A stretch of 63,322 bases of DNA, filler included, from Aduncisulcus paluster (Eukaryota): assembly GCA_024181965.1 (NCBI GenBank). It is 14 parts of 14 records of this genome, joined end to end, with 100 filler letters (N's around TTAATTAATTAA, not from the genome) between each part and the next. Parts side by side here need not be neighbours in the genome. Positions count along the whole stretch, not along the records: positions 34,382 to 36,686 come from BQXS01011889.1; positions 36,787 to 38,945 come from BQXS01011890.1; positions 39,046 to 46,567 come from BQXS01011891.1; positions 46,668 to 57,727 come from BQXS01011892.1; 10 more parts are not named here. The stretch is one strand, 5' to 3'. A program made the position numbers and the translations under genes. The notes beneath the pieces were generated by a model. It was not told the origin of the DNA, made no database searches, and saw only the letters and a list, made by a program, of their open reading frames with translations. Of this stretch, positions 34,382 to 48,369 are shown piece by piece; within the stretch, counting starts at the first letter, position 1, and every line of letters starts with the position of its first letter.

Positions 34382-36686
34382 GTCAAGAATGGTCTTTGAA
34401 CGCTCACTGTCGGAATCAACACAGACAACACGAACATTAACTCCATGAAGGGATGGATCTGTCTCTGCAGATTCAACATCTTCGAGAACTTTTCCTTCGT
34501 TATCTGGAGAAAGGCCCATCAAACCATATCCGGTTGTACTCCACCATCCACTTCGACGGCGTTTCTCATTCTTTTCGCCACCCCATACACCAGATCCCCA
34601 TCTTTCACAGACACAGACGGCCTCACAGACACGCATCAGACTGAGGGGGGAGAGAGAAGACGATGTCATGGAAGTGGCTTGAAGAAGAGTGAGGAAAGCT
34701 GGTGCAGCCAGAAGCAAGGAAGGAGAGAACGGTGGGAGAGGAGGTAAGTTGGTCTCTTGTCCATGGTCTTGAGCATGGGAAGGACTGAATTGTTTCACGT
34801 CAATCGAACCCCAGGTTGAATGTTGAGGAACGGGGGAGGAGGAATCCAAAGATGCGAGCAAAGGCATGTATTTGGAAAGCATTTGTGATCCACATGTCCC
34901 TGATTTACCTACGCACCATCCACCCTCAGAGGCACACCAAATTAACATACGGACCCAAACACTTTGTTCCATTCTTCTCCTTTCTTCCTTAACAATATCC
35001 TTCAACAACAATGGTAATAGCCCTAAAACAGCACTTTCACTGGCACCCTCATGAAGCATATCTCTTTCACGAACACTGAGTACCCACACAGATGTACCAA
35101 GAAGGACAGTCACGGACGGATCGAGACAAGAGCTTGAAGGGATCGAAAATACGGAGAAAAGAGGAGAGAAAGGAGAAAGAATACAATTAGTATCTTTTAA
35201 GATAGAGAAGGAAGACAATGGATCTGATTGATTGTTGATTTGGACACCCGCGTTAACTTCTTCTTCAGAAAGATCAGAGAAGGAGAAATCGTCAAACTCA
35301 TCAAAGTTGCCACTTCCACCCATTGTCCAAGGAGAGTTCTTGTTCTGTCTTTTCTTCTCCTTCATGACCTTCCTCTTTCTCTCTTTCTTCTCTGCTTTCC
35401 CTGCTTCTTCTTCTACGTCAACACCCCTCATAGTTTCAAACACACCCCGTGACTCGCATTTCTCACTGAATACAAAATCGATCAAGGATGTCACACAGAG
35501 TGGAAGAGAGAGGATAAAAGAGGAGAGTGAGAGAGAGAATGGGTGGAGCACGTGCGAAGGATGAAGAGAATCGAGAATGAAAGGAGAGGAGGAATCAGAA
35601 GGAGAGGAGGAGAGGTCAGAGTTACTCTTGGATTTATACAATTTCCTGTATCTTTCTACGATACTTCTTGTATAGTCAATTTCTGGAATATTCTTAATCA
35701 GCAACAATAAATCATTGCACGCCATCTTCCGTTCTCCCCTCCTTCGTAACATCTCTCCGCTCAACTCGGTGAGCATAACGTTCAAACATGAAGCACTCAA
35801 AAGTCTCACGGCAGACGAGTACATCAGTGCACAGTTCCATCCACGGGGAGGGAAAGAGATCGAAGCAACGAGACAGATGATAAATGAAGGCATCGAGGAG
35901 AGAGCTACATGCTGAATGAGGGAACACGATAACAATTTCAATGATTGTGCAAGGGAAGAGTCAGAGAAGGCAGAAGAGGAGGCATCAAACATCCCAAATG
36001 GATCTTGTGTCACGGGGTTTCTATCTCTCTCTGGCTTTGGGCCACTGGGGAGGAATGTTGCATGCTCAGATCCAGGTATAATCTCTCCTCTTCTCTTCAC
36101 ACCAATGCTACACTCATCCAAATCGCCACCATACAACATCGACACATAGAATAGTAAAATGGTACTTGGGACTAAGGTGTTAAGGGACAATAGAGGAGGA
36201 GAGGATCGAGAAGAAAATGTATAGAGTGACACACATGAATGTAACACTTGAGCAATCAGGATAAGTTGATTCAGGGAAAGGGAACAAGAGGAAGAGGAAG
36301 AGGAAGACGATGGATCTGAGACTGTCTTTCTGTCACGCTTTGTATGACCCGCGTGAGTCCCCTGTCTGTGAGTTATTATGGAAGAGATAGCAGGAGAAAT
36401 GGGAGAAGATATTCTGGCCGATATAAGACTGATCATGGCAGAACAGAACAACTGTAAAATATTCAACTCACTCTTTTCAGACACTCGCCCTGAGAATACT
36501 TTCACGTAAGAAGACAGGGAGTGCGTTATCTGTTGAATAAGAGAGAAGGCACTTTGGGTGTGAATTGGATCAAATAGAAGAGATACGAGCGAAGAGAGTA
36601 CAGAGGAATGGAAGAGAGAGAGGAAGAGAGGATGGTGAGCAACCGAGCCACAAGAGGAAGAGATGAAGAGAGGAGAGGAAGCAAAT
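34382..36686 (-). CDS. Ser/Leu-rich hypothetical protein, partial
   Basis: 723-codon ORF spanning nearly the whole contig; no recognisable domain. Confidence 0.65.
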
Positions 36687-36786
36687 NNNNNNNNNNNNNN
36701 NNNNNNNNNNNNNNNNNNNNNNNNNNNNNNTTAATTAATTAANNNNNNNNNNNNNNNNNNNNNNNNNNNNNNNNNNNNNNNNNNNN

Positions 36787-38372
36787 AAAATGAATGGTTG
36801 GGTCAGATAATCACCAGCTGCAATTGGGGTGAGATCAAGAATATCATCAAGCTCAGCTAAATCACACCCACTAGCATAGAGTGAGGTTAACCCACTCTGA
36901 ACTACGTAGGTAGTTCCAGAATCGGTCCATTCTTTTCTGATGGATTTAGCAAGGATTTGCACAACTAAACGGTCATACTCGGCGGTAGAATTCGATGCAC
37001 TCAACTGATAGCCACTAACATTCAAGGACGTAATACCAAGAGTGCCTGAAGTGCTCAAGCCTTGGGCATACTCAAGGCCTTGTAGAGTATCGATATTATT
37101 CTCGGAGCCAGATCCAGTAATTGCAGAAAGAGAAAAGGTCGCACAGGAAGAGGAAAGACCAGTTCTTAATGTATCAACACTGATGATACCATTGCTTTTA
37201 ACGGCCGCACCACAATTTGTTATAAGATAACTTCTCAGAGTATCATCATGAACGGTATAACATCTACCACCAACTGACTTGGCAATGAATGCACATTCTA
37301 GGGTATTGCTAGTGTTGTCATACACCTCATTAAGTACAATAGAGGGGCAAAGGGGGTTAGAGGCATCACAGTGAAAGGAATCACCATTGAGAGGGCATTC
37401 GTTCTGCAGGAAATATTTAGATTCAGTTGAAATCAAAGAAAGAATATTCTTTAAGAATACTTCAAATTCGGTATCTGATTCTACTCTGCACATAGGAGTG
37501 TATGCGGGTGCATAGTCATCGTAGAAATCTTCCATAAGATACAGATTATACATCCCAATGTTTCGATAAGATATAGTGATATCAAATATATGATAGTTAC
37601 CTTCCAACCAAAGGATTCCTAGTCGATTTAATCGCCATAATTCAGTTATGTCAAGGATATCGTTTCGATATTCAGTTATTAAATCGTAGTCAATTTCCAC
37701 GACACTTAATTGTTTTAGATAAGCTAATGGTTCAACAGAAGTCAAAGAATTATCGAATATGGAGGGATGATCAATACTTATTAAGTATTCTATCCCTACA
37801 AGGCTTGTTATCTCAAGTTTTAAGGCACTCAATGTTCCCGTAATCTCGGCAAGCTCATACTCGTCTGGGTCGCAAAGCGTCCAACCAAGACCCAAATTGA
37901 CACAAATAGCTTTCCTCAATTTGTCGTCAGGAATGTTAATAATATAACTTTTGACCCCAACGGCATCACCAATGGTCTGCTTATCCCGGCTATCGTTGTC
38001 GATTACATCTGAGCCACTGTAAGAAGAGGAGTTATGGTTTGAACCAATATCCACGATGTGAGGAACCTCAAACTCTACATCATTTGGATCATTGTGGATA
38101 GAACTGTTATACTCACCGTCAGGCACATTCTCTTCAATATCATGCTCTGTAATGTGCTTCATTGTATTTGGAGATGCCTCTATGGAACTGTTAATGGCCA
38201 AGTCAAGGTCAGAGACAATGAGAGTATCTGGAATATCTCTAGATCCATGGGGTGTGTTGAGAACACCGATAAGAGGTTGTGAGTGCACAGGATAGAAGAG
38301 CATGGATATGCATGTGAGAAGAATAAGGGCAGAAAATGGGATGGATGCAGCATTGATGGATCTGCGAGACAT
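36787..38372 (-). CDS. Secreted/surface LRR (internalin-like) and Cys-rich protein, 3' partial
   Basis: Signal-like MSRRSINAASIPFSALILLTCISMLFYPVHS, cap IPDDKLRKAIC, ITSLVGIEYL/IDTLQGLEYA LRRs and Cys-rich linker. Confidence 0.8.
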
Positions 38373-39045
38373 GCCCAGAGAGCTTCTTGTTGATTGAGGC
38401 CGAGGAATCGTGAGATGGTTGAAACCTACAAGAATACACGCAACAAGAATAGACGTGGTGAGGGCAACATATAATAATAATAATAATAATAGCAGTAATA
38501 AGGGCTTGAGGAAGAATGAATGGAATGGCAGGAATAGAGAGGATAGATGGATGCAGGATGTCACTGGCTGAAATACCGACGGAGACATCGACTGAAGGAA
38601 CAGGAATATAATCATCACGGGACACCGAGATATATTTGGGGATAAACTCGGAAAGATTCTCATTAAGTTCATCGAAGGCATCGATTCCATTGAGAAAAAA
38701 ATGATCACTCTTATCATGAGATAAAACGTTTGAAGGAACATCAAAGGGAGAGAAACGCGGCATCATAAAATGTGGCAATAATGATGACGTATCATCAATC
38801 ATAGTACCCATGGGATCAACGGTGGTACTACCAGTAGCATCCATTTCAGGACAAAGGGGGAAATAAGGGAGAAAATATGCAATGTTGCAATAGGAATAAT
38901 TTAAAGAAATGTTATAAACCGATTTATACCCATGATAATTCTCGGNNNNNNNNNNNNNNNNNNNNNNNNNNNNNNNNNNNNNNNNNNNNTTAATTAATTA
39001 ANNNNNNNNNNNNNNNNNNNNNNNNNNNNNNNNNNNNNNNNNNNN

Positions 39046-41221
39046 CTACCTGGTTGGGGCAGATTATTTCGATTCACAACTCTATCAAGGATTGAGTGAC
39101 ATCAACAATATTCCTTGTGCTGGAAAGCTTCCACATGAAATCGTGGCACCATGGGTTGGTAGGTACAAAGGTGGAGTTATTGCCGCGACTGTTGATATTC
39201 TTCCTGGTCAATCTAAGATGAGAACTCCATATATCCGTGGTCTTGACCCCATTGATCTTGTTGACCATTTCTCTGTCTCAAATATGGTGAACCAAAAAAA
39301 TCTCCATGGCGATGAAGATGAGAAAGATGAGAAAGATGAAGAAGCTGAAGAGGCCGATGAGACTGACGAATCTGGTGAATCTGGTGAAGTGGACGCAACA
39401 AAGGCAGAAGAAGAAGATTCTGATCCATATCTTGACGATGAGGGTGAGAAAGCCAAAGAAGTTGATGTTGTTCAGGAACGAGACATGGTTCCTGATGAAA
39501 ATGAGATTCCAGAAGGTCAACGTGAAGGGGATCTCCGTGAAGAAGCCGGAGAAGCCAAAGAAGCCGACTCTATTGGGGAGACAATGGTTGATGAAAATGA
39601 AATTCCAGAAGATCAGGATGAAGGGAAGGAAGAGCATGATCAAAGAAGGAGACCACGAAAGGTTGAATTGGACAAGAAGGAAGAAGTAACAGAAGAGAAA
39701 GAGGAAAAAGAGGAAGAAGAAAAGAAATCAGAGAAAGAAGAGAAAGAGGAAGAGAAAGAGGAAGAAAAACCTGAATTCACTCCTTCTCAGATGAAATTGA
39801 TTAAGAAAAACGTAAAGGAAATGACAAAACTCATTAACTCTCAGATTGATGATATGCAGAGCGAGCGTCTTCCAGATGAAGTTGGACCCAGGATGCCAAT
39901 GTTCTCCTTCATTAACAGTGGGATGATTTTGACTGGTAAAAATTTGACGACGAAAAGTCTCATCCGGACATTTATGAATCATTGTGATCGTAAGACTATC
40001 GGTCCTAAGGTATATTTGTCTCGTTCCGCTCAACAAATGGAAGCTCTAAGAAATCCCGAAAGTGGAGTTGTTCCTAGTCCAAATTGGGAAGGATTTCAGT
40101 TTTCCTTGAACTGTTGGCGTGGATTTTGGAGTAACTGTTGTTCCAACTGTTATGACGAAGATTATGGAACGAAGATTCTTCACCGTATCCTTGAGAAGAA
40201 AACTCGTGAGGATCCATTGCATATCCACATAGCTATTCTTGGAAATCCCATGGATTACCATGCTGGAGAACCGATGGCTGAGGCTTCTATCATTCGTCTC
40301 AGTATTCCTCGTGCGTCTTCTTTGGCCCTTGTTCCTGCCTCTCAGCGCACCAGTCCTGGATTCTTGTTGTCAGCATTGAAAATCTCTCCCACACCCCGTT
40401 TGATGGCTATGCTTGCAAGAATTGCCCTTCCTGAAACCCCTAGTCTCGGATCTTCTCCAAATATGCAGCGCTCAAGTATCAATACATGTTACTTCTATGG
40501 AGAAAAAGAAAGAAAACACAACTGTCCATTCAAGTGTTCGTTTGAAGATGCCATTGGTCTTGCTCTCTGTGAAAAGATGCTCCATGAGTGTTTGTATGCC
40601 CAGCAATTTTCTCCCCAAAATCTTTCTCTTGATCCTGGAACTTTCAAAAGTCTTGATGAAGCTGCCGATCGTTGTCAGAAGGAGTACATTCCCACCTATC
40701 GCATCATTGCAGATATCATTACTTCTTGGAAACTGATTGCCCAAGGTCATGAATCATATCCATCCACAAACATCCATTCTTTCATCTCCCCGACAGTGTT
40801 TGTTCCTATTGGTATGGCCTTCTTCAAGTTCCTGTCATCCAAGCCAAAGGCCAAGAGTGTTGCTCAGAAAACATACTTAAACAACGTGCGGGCCACATAC
40901 GAGGCTTTGATGGACACATTGTTCCCAGGAGAAGAAACCATCCAATGTGAGGTTGGTGTAAGAGAGAAGAGAGCATGCTCTGGTTTCATTTGTGTTCAAA
41001 TCCGTGAGGAGCATGCATCTCCATATGGTCAGATCTTACCGCTTAATAAGGTTGGCTTTATTGCGTCAGTGAAGAAAAGGAACAGGTACACTCCCAGATT
41101 GTACGATGTTGTGAGGTGTTATGGAATCGATCCTTCCGCTTTTGACGAGCAGGGTTCTTCAGATCTTCTGACGAATTACATGGACTTTGATTCCACAATT
41201 TACTCAAAACTGATGGGATGA
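39046..41221 (+). CDS. Hypothetical protein with long acidic tract and globular Cys-containing C-terminal domain, 5' partial
   Basis: Frame is open from the contig edge to TGA at 41221 with coding-like composition; family not recognised. Confidence 0.75.
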
Positions 41222-41706
41222 TGGATATACGGTGTGTACACTGGCCATGACTAGATGTGATCGTTCTCTCTCCATTGGACTGAGAAGATGCCATCAAGAT
41301 TAGCTAATTGTAGATTTATTATGGACTTTCGTTTTGTGACAAAACTGTTGTCATCATCGCTTTCGTTTCTTGGTGGGAACGCAATTTCCAATAGTATTTG
41401 TATGTGCCCTTTTGTGTGAAAAAAAAAAAGAAAAGAAAAAAAGAAATTGAGAGGGATTTGGCTCCATTTTTGACATTAAAGCTTATTTTTTAGGTCTAAT
41501 AGAAATAAATTAATGATTCTTTAATCATTTTAATTAGTGCTGAGGACAAAAACAGAATTGTGAATAATTCGTTAATTTCCAATAATATTCAAATCATAAT
41601 TTAAAATAATTGGATAACATTAAATGATTTGGAAAATTTAGTCAATTAAGTGAAAGAATGCTAATTTATATAGATTTGAAATCTGAAGAATCGTCTTTCT
41701 GTTGAT

Positions 41707-44700
41707 ATGGATCTTGATGAATTATTTTATTTAACAAAAAAAGAAAGAAAGGCCAAAAATTATAATTCTTGTATCTATTTTGGCTTGCAAATCCTGCAGA
41801 AATTGAAAAGTGTTGACTCCCTTCAGTTCCAAGAGATATACCGCTCAATAATTTCGAAAGATGATAAATCTGAATATTATGATATGAAAGATATTCCAAA
41901 TGAATATATTCATCGACTAATTTGTTCCAGAGTAGAATATGAAGTTGCCTTCTCATATCATTGCCTGAAACACTTTAAAAATGCCAATAACTTTTTTAAA
42001 ATCGCTTGGAATAATATTATAAATGTAGCCAAGTATATTGAAAAGAATGGTTGTATTGATACGGTCCATAATGATTTTGATGAATTAACTGATACCGATT
42101 CTGATGTTGCTCGTGATATTGATACATCTACGGCCACAAAAGGCCACTTAAAGCAAAGTAAGAAGAAGCATAAAGTGTCAGGGAGGAGCATCGGGTCCTT
42201 TTCGATTTCTACATCCACATCCCCTTCTACTTTCGTGTCACACCTGCGCTCTCTCCGATATCTCCCATATTCCGACAGAGAAACATCCCTTTGGATTCTT
42301 TCTGGTCTCTGCTCATGTTTAACACATTCTCACAAGCGCTCATCTCATCTCTTTGAATGTATTATTGAAGCCATTCCATCTCTTCTTAGTTCACATTCAA
42401 TTATCCATTCTCAGGCAGGATTATCATCAAAACTCGCCATTTCTTTCAATATGGAACATGCCAAGGATCGAATTCTCCATCCAAGGGAAATTGATGGGGT
42501 TATGGATACGATTGATCATGGAAAAGATCCTTCCATCCGGGATATATCATCGAAAATCACAAGTCCCTCCAAGACACAAGAGGTAGATGGTCCGAATGCT
42601 CATCTTTCTGGTTTATTGAGGGATTTTCTCGGCGAGTTCCCTCCCTATGATCAGAAGGATGGGGCGATTATTCCTGTCCAAAACAACAAGGACCTTGGCG
42701 ACGAGACTAGAGAGCGGGAACGTTGTGGTATTGATGGAAAAATGTTACGAAAAGAGAAGAAATGCCTTGAAGATGCCAAGGAAACTGCTAAGCAGCAAGA
42801 TGCGGAGGAAATTGTGAAAATTGAAGATCAATTTGATCACCAATTTGCCTCTTCCTCCTCTACAGATACCTCACGAGTACTTTCTCAGTTGCACAATCAG
42901 CTTGGAGTTGCCTATGAAGAGGAAGGTTTGTATCAGAAAGCCATTGAATCCTATCACTTTGCTTTGTCTCTCTCTCCCATGTTCTTAGTTCCTGTGTTTA
43001 ATCTAGCCAATCTTTATCTTCATTGCGAACAAATGGAGAATGCGTACAATCTTCTTGATCAATTCGTTGACATTGTGCCATTATTTTCTCCATCCTTCAC
43101 TCCAGCTGTTACCAGACTGTGGTATAACGTTTTGAGGGCCAAGGAGGAGAAATTAATTACTGATGATAAATCTAAACATACAACAAGTTCATCTTCCTGT
43201 ATAGTATCCGGTGGTGAAGAGAGTTCTGCAGGTAAAACCAATGGGAATGGTGCCGAATCTGATTCGAAATCAAGTTCAACAAAGCTTTTGTCGTATTTGA
43301 TTGAGTCAATTCCGTCATCTATTCCTTCTCTGACCCTTTTGTTCCCTTCGTTGTCATTTTCCACTTCACATGAACGACGGGAAGAGAGCAAATTGCGCAA
43401 AGTATGGATTCATTTCTCTCCAAAGATTGATAAACTTATATGCAACGCTGTTGAACGAATCGTATTCTCTCCTTCAAGTCGTGCAAAGCTTGCTGCAACC
43501 ATTTCCAGATCGTCGACACAACAGTCCTTTCCCTCACATGATTCTGATGGCTATCAACTTCCAATTGTAGCCACTCATGGTGGAAGATATGTCAGCGATT
43601 CTGCTTCTTCTGCAGGATATTCTACCACATCTTTACTTCATTCTCTTCCTGTTTCTCTGTTTTATATGTCGGCATCATTCCCCTTGTCATCCTTTTTCCC
43701 TCCTTCATCTCCTCTTTGCTCTCTCAATGATAATCTTACTTCTGTTCTTCAATCAATTAATCGTATTTCTCACTCATTACTTGTGAATACTTTCTGGATT
43801 CACCAATTATTATCCTTCGAAAACACCCAAAAGATGTTTGATGTTGCCAAGAATGGAGTCAATTGTCTTAAATCCTCTCATCCTAAAGCCCTTGTTGACA
43901 TAGTTAGTACCAAGGAAGACAATGGAGAGATGATAGATCGTGGTCAGAATTATTCAAGAGAAGGAATCTCCCATTCAAAATGTGATGAAGAACCCTGGAG
44001 AGATGATATGGATCTAGCTATTCGTGAATCAAGGGTCAATGCAAATGAGGATGATCGTCAAAGAAACAAAAACTCTGGATCACCAGGATTCGCACTTCAT
44101 TCCCATTATTTCTCCCATTTTCACACATCAAATCGACTCACAGATATCCTTCTCCATCCTTCTTTCTCAGCATCTAATTCGGGATCATCGGTTTCTTCTG
44201 CTCTGGCTTCCCCCACTGTTCCCGAATATTATTCCAATTTATCCACTTGTGTTCTTTTAACTCTTTCTCGTCGAATTGCTGTATATAAAGAAGGTAATGA
44301 AACGACGACTTCTGATTATGTGGACTCACATACTCAAAAATCTGCTCCTTCGTCTGCAGAATCTTCAGCAACTTCAATTCCTTGCTATTTGGACAAGGTA
44401 TTTGCTAATCAGCACATGTTGTTTTCTCTCAATGTATTCTCAAAACTGTTAAACCATCAGGTATCTCCTTTTTCTTCCTTTTCGCTTCGTGTCTATTCTC
44501 TTTTGCTTTCAACACTTTTGGAAGATACAAGTGAACAGGAACGAAATGAGGCTATGAAATTTCACAGGGATTTTCATAGTTTTCCCCCCAACCCTCAAAC
44601 AAGTCAACCTTCCTCCCAAACAACTCCCGACTCTAAGAGAGAATCCTGTTCCATCGCCACGAATCTCGAGTTAAAACACAAATTTTCTTATATTCTTCTC

Positions 44701-46567
44701 TCTCTTTTCACTCATCTTTCATATATTTTTAATCTATTCGCAATTGCTATTGAACCTCCTATTCGTATGGATCCCTCCAAACTGGTGTCTCTGACAACAT
44801 TTCCCGCAACGAAGGTTCCTGCTTTGAGTCTCCTTTCTTCATTCTTCTTGTGTGGACCAATGCGTGCTTCCATCAACCCTCTTTCTCATCCTATGTTATA
44901 TTCTTCTCTCTCTTTTCACTCATCTTTCATATATTTTTAATCTATTCGCAATTGCTATTGAACCTCCTATTCGTATGGATCCCTCCAAACTGGTGTCTCT
45001 GACAACATTTCCCGCAACGAAGGTTCCTGCTTTGAGTCTCCTTTCTTCATTATTCTCAAAACTGTTAAACCATCAGGTATCTCCTTTTTCTTCCTTTTCG
45101 CTTCGTGTCTATTCTCTTTTGCTTTCAACACTTTTGGAAGATACAAGTGAACAGGAACGAAATGAGGCTATGAAATTTCACAGGGATTTTCATAGTTTTC
45201 CCCCCAACCCTCAAACAAGTCAACCTTCCTCCCAAACAACTCCCGACTCTAAGAGAGAATCCTGTTCCATCGCCACGAATCTCGAGTTAAAACACAAATT
45301 TTCTTATATTCTTCTCTCTCTTTTCACTCATCTTTCATATATTTTTAATCTATTCGCAATTGCTATTGAACCTCCTATTCGTATGGATCCCTCCAAACTG
45401 GTGTCTCTGACAACATTTCCCGCAACGAAGGTTCCTGCTTTGAGTCTCCTTTCTTCATTCTTCTTGTGTGGACCAATGCGTGCTTCCATCAACCCTCTTT
45501 CTCATCCTATGTTATATTCTCCTCAGACCAAACAACCTACTAGAATAGATAGGACTCCACTATCACATTCTCAAACGAAGAAGGAAGAAGGGGAAGAGGA
45601 AGGTGACGATGAGAAGCTTGGATTTGGGCATCATCAGGTGAGAGGCCAACGTAATTCTTCCTCTTCAGATCTTAGTTTGGCAAAACAAGAATCTGCACAA
45701 TCGCTCCCCTTGCTCATTGACGTTCCATCACCTCATCCATTATCCTTATCTCCGATTCCTTCTCCATCCTCTTCCTCTCCATCGTATCCTCTTGCTTTGC
45801 AGTATCTCTACTCTCTCTTGGATGAGGTGGACTCCCAGGCTGCTCGCGTGTGTATTTGTGTGTGTTTGTGGAAGCTTGGGAGGTATTCTGAAGCACTCAG
45901 CGAGGCAAAGAGAGTCTTGGGATGGGAAGTACCGCGTGTCGATGAAGAAGAGCGCTGGAGAAAAGCCAAAGAGGAGAATTTAGCCAAGAGGAAAGAAATT
46001 ATGCGTGTTCAGAGAGAGTCCTTCTCAACTATTTTGAAGGAACTCTATTCCTCTCCTCGCGTCAATAAGGTTAAACAGCCAAATAGGAAGCAGAACAATA
46101 GTGTTTCTGATCTAATTATTTTGCCTTCGGACTCTATTCCAATTATGCGCTGTCAGAACTCCATCACATCACCAAACATCTTCCTCTCCTCACTTCCACC
46201 ATTACACGGCTTTCCATCTCATCCTCCACATCCTTCCATTCCTTCACATGTCCTCCTCCCTCTCTTGCTTCTTACTCTCCATTTCTCGTCCGTTTTATGC
46301 CTATTTTCTCACTGTTCCATCCTTCTTCCAATCACTTTACTCTCTGTCAACACTGGTGGGTGGAGAGAGATGCTTGAAAAGGTGGGTAAAGTCGCATTCA
46401 ATGAGTTTAATAGTACTCCTGAGCAAACAGAAGTTTCTTTTTCTTCTCCATCAACCTCTCTTGGTCCTCCTTTATCTCCTCTCTTACCACCAGAGATGTG
46501 CTCTCCATTCAAGATCAGTGAATGGGAAATTGTCTCGATCTGTCTGGTCTATGATAGAGTTCTACCA
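41707..46567 (+). CDS. Large TPR-containing protein, 3' partial; interrupted by a 616-bp internal duplication
   Basis: TPR LHNQLGVAYEEEGLYQKAIESYHFALSLSP...FNLANLY and CLWKLGRYSEALSEAKR. 44435-44904 is repeated at 45051-45520, and removing 616 bp restores a single ORF. Confidence 0.75.
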
Positions 46568-46667
46568 NNNNNNNNNNNNNNNNNNNNNNNNNNNNNNNNN
46601 NNNNNNNNNNNTTAATTAATTAANNNNNNNNNNNNNNNNNNNNNNNNNNNNNNNNNNNNNNNNNNNN

Positions 46668-47953
46668 CTTCTGCAACAGCAGTCTCATTGTCGACCCCAT
46701 CTGTTGTTGCCCACCATTCCCCATATGAACTATATGAGATGAGAATTAGAGGAACGGCCTTTTTATATCACCAAGTTCGGTGTATGACAGCCATCTTATT
46801 CGAGATCGGTATGGGATATGAATCAGAATCCCTTGTTGAGGATCTTCTTGATGTTCCTACTTTAAAGGATATGGGAATAGAAGGTACTGTGAAAGAGTCA
46901 GTTCGGGATGGAGCTCAAGCCCAAGAAGATGATGAAATGTGTCTTGAAGAAGCAGAAGAAGACGAAGACGAGGGAGAAGAGGATGAGGAAGGTCTGGAAC
47001 CTAATGTGAGTGAAGAGGATAAAGGCGTGTGGAAACATAAACATCTCTCTGAGTTAACGAAAGAGCAGATTGGATTCGTCTCTAAATCTCTTGAGACACT
47101 TGATAAGCATTCAACTCAAGGGTTTTCAACTGATTCAAGACCATTTATGTATGCTTTGAAGCCTCATTATAATATGACTCCCGACTTCCCCCTCATTTTG
47201 TGGGAGATTGAGTATGATACTCTTCATTTCACTGCTCATAGGCGAGCTCTCATTCACACAATGTCTCTCCTGCATGCCATGATCACGCGTTCAGTTGTGA
47301 AGCAAGGAATGCTCAGGTTGTTGCAAAGAAAATGCTTGGACATAGGGATGGAAGTGTCTAAACAGGATAAACTAAATGAAGAGAGAAGGAAACAGGCCAC
47401 TGCCGAGAAGAGAAGGAGGAAGAAACATCGAGTTCGAGAGAGCAAGAAAATATCAACACATCTGCATTCTACTGTCCCTAACAATGTTTCTTTGACTGAA
47501 CCTTCCTCTGTTCCCACCACTCTAACCACGAAGAAAGACAAGTCAAAAAAAGAGGAAGAAGAACCATCTTCCACAGCCAGCTGCCCATTATGTTCAGAGA
47601 GGATCCATCAAGCATCCAAGGATAGTTTGTACAAGACTTCCTGGCCAAGTCCCATTCCAAAGCCACCTGAGCATGTCTATGAACACGTACAATTGTCTAA
47701 ACATACTTGTATTCGTCAGGAAGACCCTATATTGCCCTTTCGAGAATGCATTCCAAGCGAATACAAGGGAAGCACTTACTTTCCACTCACTCTAATGGCC
47801 ACTCACGGGTGCTCTGCTGCCACTCCATTGCGAAAGAGGCTTCCGATGAATAGAAGAAAGAAGGAAATGGGCAATTCTTCAAAAGTGGCGACCGTTCTTG
47901 TTAGAGAGAAAAGAATGAGAGAATGCAGAGAGGGCGTTTTTGAGGGGAAGTGA
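46668..47953 (+). CDS. PUS3: tRNA pseudouridine(38/39) synthase, PUS3/DEG1 (TruA family) C-terminal part, 5' partial
   Basis: [25 protein letters not shown]...V.DLLDV and [19 protein letters not shown]. Confidence 0.85.
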
Positions 47954-48369
47954 TGTATAGAAATATATATTGTCAAAAAATCAAATCCCCAATTACCCAT
48001 GCAAAATAAAAATGGGACATCTCTTTGCAGGAATGACATCATTTGGAAAGATTTCCATCGATATCCAAAATATCATCGCCAAGAAAACACCAAGATCTCG
48101 ATATCGATCTTTGGCAATGTTTCCAAATGAACGAAGCGTATGATTATGTGATATCTTTTGTGAAAATAAATATCCACATTCTATATTATGTACCCATCTA
48201 TCTTTATTCAAGAGTAGAACAATAATCATCTTCTCTAGAAACACCTCACATCTGACTTGGACGAAATCACCCGTTTTGCAACACAATTGTCCCAAAGACT
48301 TGAGTGATTTTGCATCTAGTGTGTTTTTAGTGCTCGAATATCTCCATAGTTGTATTTTAGAATTTACTA

